Positions 11,409 to 21,992 of a stretch of 64,000 nt of DNA are shown in pieces. The DNA comes from an uncultured Actinomyces sp. (lineage in GTDB: Bacteria; Actinomycetota; Actinomycetes; Actinomycetales; Actinomycetaceae): positions 91,953 through 155,952 of the forward strand of contig URAS01000002.1 in NCBI GenBank assembly GCA_900545825.1, in the 5' to 3' direction. Made by a program: the position numbers and the translations under genes. The notes under the pieces were generated by a model. The model saw nothing but the letters and a program-made list of their open reading frames with translations. It did not search any database and had not been told where the DNA came from. Position 1 is the stretch's first letter, and every line of letters begins with the position of its first letter.

Positions 11409-12413
11409 TCACTCGTCGCTAAAGTTGACAGAGCTGGACGGCCCCGTCAAAAAGCTGTCGTCGAAGCCGCCAGTTGCCGGGCTGTCTTTCAAGCCCATCC
11501 CCATTTCGGCAAGCTTCTGCTTGATCTCCTCGATCGACTTCGCACCGAAGTTACGAATGTCGAGCAGGTCGGCTTCACTGCGCGCCACGAGCTCGCCCAC
11601 CGTGTTGATGCCCTCGCGGGTCAACGCGTTGAACGACCGCGACTGCAGACCGAGAGACTCGATCGACATCGCGAGGTCCTGGACGAGGTCCTGGTCGGTC
11701 TGCGACGGGCCGATCTCGATGCCCTCGGCTTCGATGTTCAGCTCCTGGCACAGGCCGAACAGCTCGACCAGCGTCTTGCCGGCCGACGCGAGGGCGTCGC
11801 GCGGGGCAATCGCGGGCTTCGTCTGGACGTCGACGATCAGGCGGTCGAAGTCCGTACGCTGGGCGACACGGGTCGCCTCGACCTTGTACGTGACCTTGAG
11901 GACCGGCGAGTAGATCGAGTCGATCGGGATGACCGAGATCTCGGCGTCGGACTGCTTGTTCTGGCCGGCCGAGACGTAGCCGCGGCCACGCTCGACCGTC
12001 AGCTCGATCTCGAGCTTGCCCTTCTCGTTGAGCGTCGCCAGGTGCAGCTCCGGGTTGTGGATCTCGACGCCGGCGGGCGGCGTAATGTCGCCAGCCGTCA
12101 CCTCACCCGGGGTGGCCTTGCGCAGGTACATAACAACCGGCTCGTCGTTTTCGGACGACAAGACGATCTGCTTGATGTTGAGGATGATCTCGGAGACGTC
12201 CTCCGTGACACCGGCGATCGTACGAAACTCGTGCGGGACGCCCTCGATGCGAATCGAGGTGACCGCCGCGCCGGGAATCGACGACAGCAGGGTACGGCGC
12301 AGGGAGTTACCCAGCGTGTACCCAAAACCAGGCTCCAACGGTTCGATGGTGAACCGGGAGCGGTAGTCGCTCAGCACTTCCTCGCTGAGCGTCGGTCGCT
12401 GCGAAATGAGCAC
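11409..12413 (-). CDS. rpoA: DNA-directed RNA polymerase subunit alpha
   Basis: GTG start after [21 protein letters not shown]... is collinear with actinobacterial RpoA. Confidence 0.95.
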   Translation of the reverse strand: MLISQRPTLSEEVLSDYRSRFTIEPLEPGFGYTLGNSLRRTLLSSIPGAAVTSIRIEGVPHEFRTIAGVTEDVSEIILNIKQIVLSSENDEPVVMYLRKATPGEVTAGDITPPAGVEIHNPELHLATLNEKGKLEIELTVERGRGYVSAGQNKQSDAEISVIPIDSIYSPVLKVTYKVEATRVAQRTDFDRLIVDVQTKPAIAPRDALASAGKTLVELFGLCQELNIEAEGIEIGPSQTDQDLVQDLAMSIESLGLQSRSFNALTREGINTVGELVARSEADLLDIRNFGAKSIEEIKQKLAEMGMGLKDSPATGGFDDSFLTGPSSSVNFSDE

Positions 12414-12464
12414 GTTGTGTCCTTTCTCGCCTTAGCACCCGCCATATGATGCCAGGCGACCATT

Positions 12465-12480
12465 CTGGCCGATCGGCCAG
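12465..12480. repeat. Perfect 16-bp palindrome CTGGCCGATCGGCCAG in the rpsK-rpoA spacer, where rpsD normally sits
   Basis: Read directly from the sequence. The spacer is 146 bp with no ORF. Confidence 0.5.
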
Positions 12481-12559
12481 TCAGGTTGTCGCTAAACCCG
12501 ACTCCCCCACTATGACGGCCTTGGGGGCGCCGGATCGAGGTGGGCGAAACGCCCTGAGA

Positions 12560-12958
12560 TCACACGCGACGACGCTTCGGAGGACGGCAACCGTTGTGAG
12601 CCTGCGGCGTGACGTCCTGAATCGAACCGACCTCGAGGCCCGTGGCCTGGAGGGAGCGGATAGCCGTCTCGCGACCCGAACCCGGGCCCTTGACGAACAC
12701 GTCGACCTTCTTCATGCCGAAGTCCTGCGCGCGCTTGGCGGCGGCCTCGGCGGCCTGCTGCGCGGCGAACGGGGTGGACTTACGCGACCCCTTGTAGCCG
12801 ACCTGACCCGAGGACGACCAGGCGATGACGGCGCCCGACGGGTCGGTGATCGACACGATCGTGTTGTTGAAGGTGGACTTGATGTAGGCGTTGCCGGAGA
12901 CGATGTTCCGGCGAACGGAACGGCGGGGCTTACGAGCGCCCGAACGCGATGCTGCCAT
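12560..12958 (-). CDS. rpsK: 30S ribosomal protein S11
   Basis: ...[34 protein letters not shown]... Confidence 0.92.
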   Translation of the reverse strand: MAASRSGARKPRRSVRRNIVSGNAYIKSTFNNTIVSITDPSGAVIAWSSSGQVGYKGSRKSTPFAAQQAAEAAAKRAQDFGMKKVDVFVKGPGSGRETAIRSLQATGLEVGSIQDVTPQAHNGCRPPKRRRV

Positions 12959-13008
12959 AAGTTTTTCTTCTTCCAGTCGTCGATCCGCTTGAAGAGCGGA
13001 CTACAGGG

Positions 13009-13389
13009 TTACTTAGCCTTCTTCTTACCGGCCACCGTGCGCTTGGGGCCCTTGCGGGTGCGCGCGTTGGTCTTCGTCCGCTGACCGCGCACCGGCAGGT
13101 GACGACGGTGACGCAGGCCCTGGTAGCAGCCGATCTCGATCTTGCGGCGGATGTCCGCCTGGATCTCGCGGCGCAAATCGCCCTCGACCTGGAAGTTCGA
13201 CTCGATGTATTCGCGGACCTTGACGAGGTCCTCTTCCGTGATGTCGCGGACGCGAACGTCGGGCGACACGCCGGTGGCCTCGAGGGTCTGCTGGGCGCGG
13301 GTACGACCCACACCGAAGATGTACGTCAGGGCGACCTCAAGACGCTTGTCGCGAGGCAGGTCGACGCCTGCAATACGTGCTGCTGGCAT
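13009..13389 (-). CDS. rpsM: 30S ribosomal protein S13
   Basis: Internal ATG (RBS GGAGAA) giving [26 protein letters not shown]. Confidence 0.9.
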   Translation of the reverse strand: MPAARIAGVDLPRDKRLEVALTYIFGVGRTRAQQTLEATGVSPDVRVRDITEEDLVKVREYIESNFQVEGDLRREIQADIRRKIEIGCYQGLRHRRHLPVRGQRTKTNARTRKGPKRTVAGKKKAK

Positions 13390-13533
13390 TGATGCTTCTC
13401 CAGTTATTCGTTGTTTCGGAGGTCGTGACGTCGCCATCCGCGCAGCAACCACGCGGCCCCGGCCTCCGAACCGGGGGACACAATTTCTTGAGCGGTGACG
13501 TCCTTGCAGCCCCGAAAGGGGCCAGGTCGAACC

Positions 13534-13755
13534 CTACTTGTAGCGGTAGACGATGCGGCCGCGCGACAGATCGTAGGGACTGAGCTCGACGATCACGCGG
13601 TCCTCGGGCAGGATCCGGATGTAGTGCTGACGCATTTTGCCGGAAATGTGGGCCAGAACCTCGTGACCGTTCTTGAGTTCGACGCGGAACGTCGCGTTCT
13701 TCAACGCCTCAACGACCGTGCCCTCGATCTCAATAACGCCGTCTTTCTTTGCCAT
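13534..13755 (-). CDS. infA: Translation initiation factor IF-1
   Basis: [42 protein letters not shown]... Confidence 0.92.
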   Translation of the reverse strand: MAKKDGVIEIEGTVVEALKNATFRVELKNGHEVLAHISGKMRQHYIRILPEDRVIVELSPYDLSRGRIVYRYK

Positions 13756-13894
13756 ATGCCTTCCACTCACTTCGAATTCTGGGACGTCGGCGAAGCCGGC
13801 GCGGGCACACCTGAGCCCGCATACGCCCAAATGTCAAGGGTACGGGGCACAGTTGCGTGACGCAAAGTCTGAACCCCTGTTGAATTGCTCACGT

Positions 13895-14746
13895 CTAGGC
13901 AGAAAGCGGCGCGGCATCCACGCCGAAGCGGGCGAGCTCGCTCGCTCCCCAGTCGGGCGCCGTGAGGACACAGATGCCGTTCTCGGTGATGGCGATCTCG
14001 TGTTCCCAGTGGCAGGCCAGCGAGTGATCGCGCGTCTTGACGGTCCACCCGTCCTTCAGCGTCGTCACGGCCGCCGAGCCGCGGGTGAGGATCGGCTCAA
14101 CGCACACGACCATGCCAGGCTTGAGCTTCGCCTGGCGTCCGCGGGCCCGATAGTTGAGGACGTCGGGCGCCTGGTGCATCTCGGTGCCGATGCCGTGGCC
14201 GATAAACTCTTCGACGATGCCCGCGGTGAACCCGACGGATTTCGCCTGTTGTTCGACGACCTCCTCGACGGCTTCGCCGACGCAGGCGATCGTCTTGCCC
14301 GTGGCGAGGGCGGCGATCCCCGCCCACATCGCCTCGTTCGTCACGGCGTCGAGGGCGACGGCGTCGCGCGACGCCGCCTTCCGTCCACCGACGAGGACGC
14401 TGATGCAGGCGTCACCGTGCCACTGCGACCCGGCGCGTTCGACGTAGGCGCCGCAGTCGAAGGAGACGAGGTCGCCCTCGGCGAGGAGGCGCTCGTCCGG
14501 GATCCCGTGGACGACGGTGTCGTTGACCGAGATGCACACGGTCGCCGGGTAGCCGTAATAGCCGAGGAAGTTCGACTTCGCTCCCGCCCGGGCGATGACG
14601 TCGGCCGAGACGGCGTCGAGCTCGAGCAGGCTGACACCCGGCTTCGCCGCCTCGCGCAGCGCCTCGTGGATTTGGGCGACGACGAGGCCGGCCTCGCGCA
14701 TGTACCCCATCTGCTCGCGCGTCTTGTACTGGATCTTCGCCTTCAT
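13895..14746 (-). CDS. map: Methionine aminopeptidase type I
   Basis: Internal ATG after GAGGAG. Metal-binding residues lie in DCGAYVERAGSQWHGD...HGIGTEMHQ...HWEHE. Confidence 0.9.
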   Translation of the reverse strand: MKAKIQYKTREQMGYMREAGLVVAQIHEALREAAKPGVSLLELDAVSADVIARAGAKSNFLGYYGYPATVCISVNDTVVHGIPDERLLAEGDLVSFDCGAYVERAGSQWHGDACISVLVGGRKAASRDAVALDAVTNEAMWAGIAALATGKTIACVGEAVEEVVEQQAKSVGFTAGIVEEFIGHGIGTEMHQAPDVLNYRARGRQAKLKPGMVVCVEPILTRGSAAVTTLKDGWTVKTRDHSLACHWEHEIAITENGICVLTAPDWGASELARFGVDAAPLSA

Positions 14747-14821
14747 GGTCGCTCCTCGCATCCCCTTCCCTATAAACGACGAAGCCGCAGCGGCTTCCCG
14801 CTGCGGCCCGTCACTGCTTGC

Positions 14822-15391
14822 CTATTTCAGCAGCGCCTCGATGCGCTCCCACACCTCGTCGATCGTCCCGTTCCCGTCGACGACCTTGAGCAGGCCGCGG
14901 TCGCGGTAGAAGGCGATGAGGGGAAGCGTTTGCTCCTTGTAGACCTCCATGCGGTGACGAATCACCGGCTCGGTGTCGTCGGCGCGACCCTCGATCGTCG
15001 CCCGCTTGAGCAGCCGGTCGACGAGGTCGTCCTCGTTGACGTCGATCTCGATGACGAGGTCGAGCGCCTTGCCGTCGGCCTCGAGCACGCCGTCCAGGTA
15101 TTCCGCCTGGGCCTGGGTGCGCGGGTAGCCGTCGAGCATAAAGCCGGCAGCGAACCGGTCGGAGTGGAGGGCGTCGGCGACCAGCGAGTTCGTCACCTGG
15201 TCGGGCACGAACTCGCCCTTCTCCATGTAGGACTGGGCGAGCTTGCCCAGCTCGGTGCCGCCCGAGATGTTCTCGCGGAACACCTGGCCCGTCGACAGCG
15301 GAACGATGCCGAGCGTGTCGCACAGGCGACCGGCCTGGGTGCCCTTGCCGGCTCCCGGAGGACCAATAAGCAAAACCCGAGAAATCGTCAT
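14822..15391 (-). CDS. adk: Adenylate kinase
   Basis: MTISRVLLIGPPGAGKGTQA (P-loop). The ATG overlaps the secY stop codon as ATGA. The 415-aa ORF in the track is an upstream read-through artifact. Confidence 0.92.
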   Translation of the reverse strand: MTISRVLLIGPPGAGKGTQAGRLCDTLGIVPLSTGQVFRENISGGTELGKLAQSYMEKGEFVPDQVTNSLVADALHSDRFAAGFMLDGYPRTQAQAEYLDGVLEADGKALDLVIEIDVNEDDLVDRLLKRATIEGRADDTEPVIRHRMEVYKEQTLPLIAFYRDRGLLKVVDGNGTIDEVWERIEALLK

Positions 15392-16683
15392 GAGAGGAAT
15401 CCTTCGTAGTGGTGCTGCTGCAGTTGCGCGTTGATTTGCTGAACCGTCTGGAGGCCGACGCCCACCATGATCAGCAGCGTCGTGCCGCCGAACGGCATGT
15501 CGGTGACGTGAAGCGCGATGAGCGCGAGGATCGGGACCATCGCGACGATCACCAGGTAGATCGCGCCCGCCGTCGTGATGCGCGACGACACGTAGTGGAG
15601 GTAGTCCGCCGTCGGCCGGCCCGCGCGCTTGCCCGGGATGAAGCCGCCGTACTTCTTCATGTTCTCGGCCGTCTCCTCCGGGTTGAAGGTGATCGACGTG
15701 TAGAAGAACGTGAAGAACAGGACGAGGATCGCGTAGATGATGAGGTAGGTCGCCGACGTGTGGTTGAAGTTCCGCTGGACCCACTGGACCCAGCCGTCGG
15801 TCGGCTTGCCGAAGCCCGCGATCATCTGGGGCATCGCCAGCAGCGACGCGGCGAAGATGACGGGGATAACGCCCGACATGTTGATCTTCATGGGGATGTA
15901 CGTCGTCGAACCGCCGTACATGCGGCGCCCAACCATGCGCTTGGCGTACTGGACGGGGATGCGGCGCTGGGCCTGCTCGACGAAGACGATCGCCAGCGTG
16001 ACGAGGAGGACCAGCAAAATGATGAGGATGACGTTGCGGACGCCGTTGTTCGAGCCGCCGATCGACCACAGGGAACCCGGCATGTTGGCGATGATGCCCG
16101 TGAAGATCAACAGCGACATGCCGTTACCGATACCGTGCTCGGTAATCAACTCGGCCAGCCACATGATGAGGCCGGTGCCCGCGGTCATCACGATGATCAT
16201 CATGATGAAGTTCGGGATCGTGTCGTGCGGAATCAGCGGCTTGTCGCTGGGGCAGTTCGGCAGCAGCGCGCCCGAGCGGGCCATCGCCACATACGTCGTC
16301 GACTGCAAGACGCCCAGAGCGATCGTCAGGTAACGTGTGTACTGCGTCATCTTGGCCTGGCCGGCTTGGCCTTCCTTGTGCAGGTCCTCGAACCTGGGGA
16401 TGACGACACGCAGCAGCTGGATGATAATCGACGCCGTAATGTACGGCATGATGCCGAGCGCAAACACCGACATGTGCAAGAGGGCGCCGCCGGAGAACAT
16501 GTTGACGAGCTCCAGCAGGCTCGACTTGTCGTTGTTAGCCAGGCACGCGCTGACGTTCTTCGACGAGATACCGGGAGAGGGAATGTGCGACCCCAGCCGG
16601 TACAGCATCATGATAAACAGCGTGAACAGAAGCTTGCGTCGCAGATCAGGCGTCTTAAATGCCTGCGCAAATACGCTCAGCAC
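15388..16683 (-). CDS. secY: Preprotein translocase subunit SecY
   Basis: 431 aa, polytopic. MLSVFAQAFKTPDLRRKLLFTL... Confidence 0.95.
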   Translation of the reverse strand: MLSVFAQAFKTPDLRRKLLFTLFIMMLYRLGSHIPSPGISSKNVSACLANNDKSSLLELVNMFSGGALLHMSVFALGIMPYITASIIIQLLRVVIPRFEDLHKEGQAGQAKMTQYTRYLTIALGVLQSTTYVAMARSGALLPNCPSDKPLIPHDTIPNFIMMIIVMTAGTGLIMWLAELITEHGIGNGMSLLIFTGIIANMPGSLWSIGGSNNGVRNVILIILLVLLVTLAIVFVEQAQRRIPVQYAKRMVGRRMYGGSTTYIPMKINMSGVIPVIFAASLLAMPQMIAGFGKPTDGWVQWVQRNFNHTSATYLIIYAILVLFFTFFYTSITFNPEETAENMKKYGGFIPGKRAGRPTADYLHYVSSRITTAGAIYLVIVAMVPILALIALHVTDMPFGGTTLLIMVGVGLQTVQQINAQLQQHHYEGFLS

Positions 16684-16788
16684 AGTGTCCTCCAGTCAAA
16701 TTTATTCGTCACGGCGCGAAGGGGGCACACGCCGGGGTGCTGGTCTCAGCGTACACGGCTGAGACAGCGAGTAGAAAACATGGCGAAT

Positions 16789-16815
16789 GGGCGGCACCCG
16801 CCTGGGGTGCCGCCC
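16789..16815 (-). terminator. 11-bp perfect hairpin (GGGCGGCACCC / GGGTGCCGCCC) in the rplO-secY spacer, followed on the minus strand by AUUCGCCAUGUUUUCUAC; possible attenuator or partial terminator
   Basis: Read directly from the sequence. Confidence 0.3.
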
Positions 16816-16825
16816 ATCCTCGCCT

Positions 16826-17290
16826 TTAACGGTCCGTAACGGACCCGCCAGCGGCTTCGATCTTCTGCTTGGCCGAAGCCGAGCACTTGTCCGCGGTCAC
16901 CTGGATCGCGACGGAAATCTCACCCTGGCCGAGGACCTTCACCGGCTGGTTCTTGCGAACCGCACCCTTGGCGACGAGATCCTCGATCGTGACCTGACCG
17001 CCCTCGGGGAACAGCTCGGCGAGCTTGCCCACGTTGACGACCTGGTATTCGACGCGGAACGGGTTCTTGAACCCGCGCAGCTTCGGCAGGCGCATGTGCA
17101 TAGGCATCTGGCCGCCCTCGAACCCGGGCTTGACGTTCTTCCGAGCGCCCGTACCCTTGGTGCCTCGACCCGAGGTCTTACCCTTCGAGCCCTCACCACG
17201 GCCCACGCGGATCCGGTCGCGCTTGGCGCCCGGGGCCGGCTTGAGGTCGTGCAGGCGAACGACCTGCGTTTCCTGAGTCTCCTCTGCCAT
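16826..17290 (-). CDS. rplO: 50S ribosomal protein L15
   Basis: Internal ATG giving MAEETQ...[31 protein letters not shown]. Confidence 0.9.
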   Translation of the reverse strand: MAEETQETQVVRLHDLKPAPGAKRDRIRVGRGEGSKGKTSGRGTKGTGARKNVKPGFEGGQMPMHMRLPKLRGFKNPFRVEYQVVNVGKLAELFPEGGQVTIEDLVAKGAVRKNQPVKVLGQGEISVAIQVTADKCSASAKQKIEAAGGSVTDR

Positions 17291-17291
17291 G

Positions 17292-17474
17292 TCAGTCAAC
17301 CTCCTCGACGGTGACCAGGTGGGAGACCTTGGCGATCTGCCCACGCGTGGCGGCATCGTCGTTCTTGATCACACTCTGGTGGATCTTGTGCAGACCGAGC
17401 GACGCCATGGTCTTGCGCTGGCCGGGCTTGGTGCCCACGAGGCCGCGCGTCATCGTGATCTTGAGATTAGCCAT
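17292..17474 (-). CDS. rpmD: 50S ribosomal protein L30
   Basis: [28 protein letters not shown]... Confidence 0.9.
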   Translation of the reverse strand: MANLKITMTRGLVGTKPGQRKTMASLGLHKIHQSVIKNDDAATRGQIAKVSHLVTVEEVD

Positions 17475-18163
17475 CAGGCACTCACTCCTTCAGCGGCCTT
17501 GTCGGCCTCGGCCTTCGCGGCCGCATCGCGCTTCGCGGCGAGGCCCTCGGCCTGCGCACGCAGCATCGACTGCGGGGCGACACGCTCCAGCGGGAGGCCA
17601 CGGCGAGCCGCGACGTCCTCGGGGCGCTGCAACATCTTGAGGGCGGCAACGGTGGCCCGCACGATGTTGATCGCGTTGGCCGAACCCAGCGACTTCGACA
17701 GCACGTCGTGGACGCCGGCGCAGTCCATGACCGCACGCACCGGGCCGCCGGCGATAACGCCGGTACCGGGCGAAGCCGGACGCAGGAGGACGACGCCCGC
17801 GGCGTCCTCGCCCTGCACCGGGTGGGTGATGGTGCGCTGGATCATCGGGACGGTGAAGAAGTTCTTATTCGCCTCCTCGACGCCCTTCGAGATGGCCGCG
17901 GGAACTTCCTTGGCCTTGCCGTAGCCAACGCCGACCGTGCCCTCGCCGTCACCGACGACAACCAGCGCGGTGAACGAGAAACGACGGCCGCCCTTGACGA
18001 CCTTGGAGACGCGGTTGATGGTAACCACGCGCTCGATGTACTGGTTTTCCTGCTCGCGACGGTTGTCGCGGCGCCCCCGGCGGTTCTGGTCGCGGCCTCC
18101 ACGGCCGTTGCGCTGCTCGCCGCCCTCGGAGGCGGAGGTGGTGCGGCTGTTTTCGTCAGCCAT
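17474..18163 (-). CDS. rpsE: 30S ribosomal protein S5 with an R/N-rich N-terminal extension
   Basis: ATG after AAGGGA. ...[28 protein letters not shown]... Confidence 0.9.
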   Translation of the reverse strand: MADENSRTTSASEGGEQRNGRGGRDQNRRGRRDNRREQENQYIERVVTINRVSKVVKGGRRFSFTALVVVGDGEGTVGVGYGKAKEVPAAISKGVEEANKNFFTVPMIQRTITHPVQGEDAAGVVLLRPASPGTGVIAGGPVRAVMDCAGVHDVLSKSLGSANAINIVRATVAALKMLQRPEDVAARRGLPLERVAPQSMLRAQAEGLAAKRDAAAKAEADKAAEGVSA

Positions 18164-18195
18164 AATCAATCCCTTACTTCCTCACTCGTGGACGG

Positions 18196-18567
18196 TTAGA
18201 GGCTCAGGCCGCCCTCGCGGGCGCCTTCGGCGACCGCGGCGACTCGACCGTGATACTTGTTGCCGCCGCGGTCAAACACGACGGCGGTGATGCCGGCGGC
18301 CTTGGCGCGCTCGGCGATGCGCTCGCCGACCTTGCGGGCCTGCTCGACCTTCGTGCCCTCCTCACCGCGGTGCGCGGCTTCCAGGGTCGAGGCCGACACG
18401 AGCGTGCGGCCGGCGACGTCGTCGATGACCTGGGCGACCATGTGGCGGTTCGACCGGGTGACGACCAGACGCGGGCGCTCCGGCGTACCGAAAACGCGCT
18501 TGCGAAGACGCAGGTGACGACGGCGACGGGCAACAAACTTGCCTTTGCCTTTGACGGTGTACGACAT
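18196..18567 (-). CDS. rplR: 50S ribosomal protein L18
   Basis: [24 protein letters not shown]... Confidence 0.9.
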   Translation of the reverse strand: MSYTVKGKGKFVARRRRHLRLRKRVFGTPERPRLVVTRSNRHMVAQVIDDVAGRTLVSASTLEAAHRGEEGTKVEQARKVGERIAERAKAAGITAVVFDRGGNKYHGRVAAVAEGAREGGLSL

Positions 18568-19103
18568 CACTTACCTGCCTTTCCGGCCTTGCGGCGGATC
18601 TGCTCGTCGGCGTAGCGGACGCCCTTGCCCTTGTAGGGCTCCGGCGGACGAAGCCGGCGGATGCGGGCAGCGGTCTCGCCAACCTTTTCCTTCGAGATGC
18701 CGAGGACCGAGAACTTCAGGGCCGACTCGACCTTGAACTCGATGCCCTCGGGGGCCGGGAAATCGATGCTGTGGGAGTACCCGAGGTGGAACTCGAGGTC
18801 CTTGCCCTTGGCGACAACGCGGTAACCGGTGCCGACGATTTCCATCTTCTTTTCGTAGCCGTCGGTCACGCCGACCACCATGTTGTTGATCAGCGAACGG
18901 ACGAGGCCGTGGAGCGCGCGGTTCTGGCGCTCGTCGCTGTCACGCGTGACCGTGATCTGGCCGTCGGCCAGCTCGAACGACACGCCCTTGGGGAACGTGC
19001 GCGTGAGCTCGCCCTTGGGGCCCTTCACGGTGACGGTTTGGCCGTCAAACTTCACCTCAACCGAGGAGGGAACGACGACCGGGGTTTTGCCGATTCGCGA
19101 CAT
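18567..19103 (-). CDS. rplF: 50S ribosomal protein L6
   Basis: [33 protein letters not shown]... Confidence 0.92.
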   Translation of the reverse strand: MSRIGKTPVVVPSSVEVKFDGQTVTVKGPKGELTRTFPKGVSFELADGQITVTRDSDERQNRALHGLVRSLINNMVVGVTDGYEKKMEIVGTGYRVVAKGKDLEFHLGYSHSIDFPAPEGIEFKVESALKFSVLGISKEKVGETAARIRRLRPPEPYKGKGVRYADEQIRRKAGKAGK

Positions 19104-19121
19104 TTAGGTCTCCTCTCCCTA

Positions 19122-19520
19122 CTACCAGACGAAAGCGACGATTTCGCCGCCGACGCCTCGCTCGGCCGCCTCGCGGTCGGTGAGAAGACCGGACGACGTG
19201 GACATGATGGCCACGCCGAGGCCGCCCATCACCTGGGGCAGTTCGGTGGACTTGGCGTACTTCCTCAGGCCCGGCTTGGACACGCGCTTGAGGCCGGTGA
19301 TGGCCCGCTGGCGCTTCTCGCCGTACTTGAGGTGGAGGGTCAGCGTCTTGCCGACCCGCGCGTCCGTCACCTCGAAGTCCTTGATGTAGCCTTCGCGCTT
19401 GAGCATGTCGGCAAGCGCGACCTTCATCTTGGACGAGGGCATGGAGACGGACTCGTGGTGCGCCGAATTGGCATTGCGCAGACGCGTCAGCATGTCTGCG
19501 ATTGGGTCTGTCATAGTCAT
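19122..19520 (-). CDS. rpsH: 30S ribosomal protein S8
   Basis: [20 protein letters not shown]... Confidence 0.9.
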   Translation of the reverse strand: MTMTDPIADMLTRLRNANSAHHESVSMPSSKMKVALADMLKREGYIKDFEVTDARVGKTLTLHLKYGEKRQRAITGLKRVSKPGLRKYAKSTELPQVMGGLGVAIMSTSSGLLTDREAAERGVGGEIVAFVW

Positions 19521-19634
19521 AGTGGGCTGTAGCCCTTCCTCGCCGCGGTTTCGTCGACACCCGAAGTGCCGAGACCTTCGACGTAGTTAGTTACCAGCTG
19601 AACAAGCCACACGATTCACAAGGAACCGCGCGGT

Positions 19635-20192
19635 TTACTGCTCCTTGAACGGGAAGCCGAGGTGGCGCAGCAGCGCGCGGCCTTCCTCGTCCGTCTTGGC
19701 GGTCGTGACGACGGTGATGTCCATGCCGCGGACGCGGTCGATCTTTTCGGGATCGATTTCGTGGAACACCGACTGCTCGGTGAGGCCGAACGTGTAGTTG
19801 CCGCGGCCGTCGAACTGCTTGGGGCTGAGCCCACGGAAGTCACGGATACGGGGCAGGGCCGTCGAGATGAGGCGGTCCAGGAATTCCCACATCCGCGCGC
19901 CACGCAGCGTGACGTGCGTCCCGATCGGCTGGCCGGCACGCAGCTTGAACTGCGCGATCGACTTGCGAGCACGGGTCACGATCGGCTTCTGACCGGTGAT
20001 GGCGGCGAGGTCGCGCTGGGCGCCCTCGATGAGCTTGGAGTCGTGCGACGCCTCGCCCACACCCATGTTGACGACGATCTTCGTCACCGTCGGGATCTGG
20101 TGGACGTTCGTGTAACCGAACTCCTTCTTCAGCTCCTCGGCGATTTCCTTCTGGTAGCGCGCCTTGAGGCGCGGGGTCATCGTCTCGCTCAT
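19635..20192 (-). CDS. rplE: 50S ribosomal protein L5
   Basis: ...[28 protein letters not shown]... Confidence 0.92.
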   Translation of the reverse strand: MSETMTPRLKARYQKEIAEELKKEFGYTNVHQIPTVTKIVVNMGVGEASHDSKLIEGAQRDLAAITGQKPIVTRARKSIAQFKLRAGQPIGTHVTLRGARMWEFLDRLISTALPRIRDFRGLSPKQFDGRGNYTFGLTEQSVFHEIDPEKIDRVRGMDITVVTTAKTDEEGRALLRHLGFPFKEQ

Positions 20193-20611
20193 TAGATGTC
20201 CTCCCCCGAACGCTTGGCGTAACGGACACGAACGGTCTTCATGCGGCCGTTACGCTCAACCTGCTCTTCGCGGAAGCCAACACGGGTCGGCTTCTTTTCC
20301 TTCGGGTCAACGAGGGCGACGTTCGAGACGTGAATCGGAGCTTCCTTGTACTCGATACCGCCGGTGATCTGTCCCTGCTGGTTCTGGCCCTGGCGCACGT
20401 GGTGCGTGCGGATGTTGACGCCCTCGACGAGGACCCGCTGCGAATCGCGGTAGACCTCGAGGACGCGACCGCGCTTGCCCTTGTCGCCCGGCTTCAGAGG
20501 CTCGAGCCCCTGTTCCTCGCGACGCTTGTTGCGCTCGGCCAGTTTCTTTTCGTCGCTGGTACGCCCGGCAATGACCTCGACGAGGTCGCCCTTCTTGATC
20601 TTAGCTGCCAT
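20192..20611 (-). CDS. rplX: 50S ribosomal protein L24 with a ~30-aa internal insertion
   Basis: [16 protein letters not shown][[32 protein letters not shown]]RVLEV...[13 protein letters not shown]. The KOW domain and C-terminus are conserved around the insert. Confidence 0.85.
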   Translation of the reverse strand: MAAKIKKGDLVEVIAGRTSDEKKLAERNKRREEQGLEPLKPGDKGKRGRVLEVYRDSQRVLVEGVNIRTHHVRQGQNQQGQITGGIEYKEAPIHVSNVALVDPKEKKPTRVGFREEQVERNGRMKTVRVRYAKRSGEDI

Positions 20612-20980
20612 TTAGAGCACCTCCGGGGCCAGCGAGATGATGCGCATGAACCGCTTGTCGCGCAGCTCGCGGCCGATGGGGCCGAAGATACGCGTACCAC
20701 GCGGTTCACCATTCGCCTGCAAAATAACGGCGGCGTTCTCGTCGAAGCGGATGTACGAGCCATCCTTGCGACGGCGCTCCTTCTTGGTGCGCACGACGAC
20801 TGCCTTGACGACGTCACCCTTCTTGACGTTGCCGCCAGGAATGGCGTCCTTCACCGTGGCGACGATCGTGTCGCCAATACCGGCGAAGCGTCGACCGGAA
20901 CCGCCGAGCACGCGGATGCAGAGGATCTCCTTGGCACCCGTGTTGTCGGCGACCTTAAGTCGCGACTCCTGCTGAATCAT
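20612..20980 (-). CDS. rplN: 50S ribosomal protein L14
   Basis: Internal ATG after GGAGAA giving [19 protein letters not shown]... Confidence 0.92.
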   Translation of the reverse strand: MIQQESRLKVADNTGAKEILCIRVLGGSGRRFAGIGDTIVATVKDAIPGGNVKKGDVVKAVVVRTKKERRRKDGSYIRFDENAAVILQANGEPRGTRIFGPIGRELRDKRFMRIISLAPEVL

Positions 20981-21281
20981 TCGTTGTTCTCCTGTCGCCT
21001 GCCCGGTTCTCGCTTGCGCGAGCCTGGCCAAACGGTTGTTCTTTCCTGTTGCCCGGTTCTCCGGCTCCCCGAGCTAGCCGGCCTTGCGGCGATGGACAGA
21101 CACAAGCGCTCGTGAGAGGCGCGCCAGGTCTCTGTCCCGACATTTCGGGGCGGAATGCAACTTGACTAGCCTACGCCACTTGCCCTCGAGGGCGAAACCG
21201 CGCCAGAGCGCGAAACCGTGTGCGTTTGCCCACGGTCGGGGTTGGCCGACATGACGTTGGCCACAGCCAACCCGGACGGCG

Positions 21282-21992
21282 CTAGGCCTGGGGAGGCGTC
21301 GGCGAGGGCGCCGCGACCAGCCGATACCCCATGCCCAGCTCGGTGACAAGGTAGGCCGGCGCGTGCGAGTCGTCCTCGAGTTTGGCCCGCAACTGCGACA
21401 GATAGACGCGGGTATACGTCGACTCGCCGACGTATTCCGGGCCCCACACGGCCGTTAAAAGATCGGTGCGCGAGACCAGCTGGTTGGCGTGGCGGGCGAG
21501 GACCTCGAGGACCTTCCACTCGGTGGCCGTGAGTTTGACGACTTCGCCGTCCTTCGTCACCTGGTGGGCGGCGAGGTCGATGTTGACGCGCCCGTCGGCG
21601 GTGACGACCTGGCTGACCTGAGCCGCGTGGGCGGCGCTGCGGCGGACGTTGGCGCGCAGGCGGGCCAGCAGCTCACCCAGCGAGAACGGCTTCGTCACGT
21701 AGTCGTCGGCGCCGCGGTCGAGGGCCTCGATCTTCGAGTGGGCCTCGTGGCGCGCCGAGACGACGATGATCGGGACGTCCGACCAGCCGCGGATCCCGTC
21801 GATGACGGTGAGGCCGTCCATGTCGGGCAGGCCGAGGTCGAGGAGGACGACGTCGGGGTCGGCGTCGGCGGCGGCCTTGAGCGCCCCGGCGGCCGTCGTG
21901 GCGACGACGACCTCAAAGTCGCGGACCTTGAGGTTAATGACGAGGGCGCGGGCGATCGCCTCGTCGTCCTCAACGATGAGCACGGTCGTCAT
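21282..21992 (-). CDS. kdpE: OmpR-family response regulator KdpE
   Basis: Receiver domain (DD...D53-like LLDLGLPDMDG) plus a winged-helix domain. Overlaps the 3' end of kdpD. Confidence 0.88.
   Translation of the reverse strand: MTTVLIVEDDEAIARALVINLKVRDFEVVVATTAAGALKAAADADPDVVLLDLGLPDMDGLTVIDGIRGWSDVPIIVVSARHEAHSKIEALDRGADDYVTKPFSLGELLARLRANVRRSAAHAAQVSQVVTADGRVNIDLAAHQVTKDGEVVKLTATEWKVLEVLARHANQLVSRTDLLTAVWGPEYVGESTYTRVYLSQLRAKLEDDSHAPAYLVTELGMGYRLVAAPSPTPPQA

Noticed and set aside
14822-16069. 415-aa ORF fusing the adk upstream region with adenylate kinase
   Set aside because: Only the C-terminal 189 aa is Adk. The true ATG at 15391 overlaps the secY stop (ATGA), and the upstream part is the antisense frame inside secY.
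19521-19634. Possible type-Z rpsN in the rplE-rpsH spacer
   Set aside because: Only 114 bp long. The one frame containing CESCGLFSW has no start codon and is too short for a 61-aa S14.
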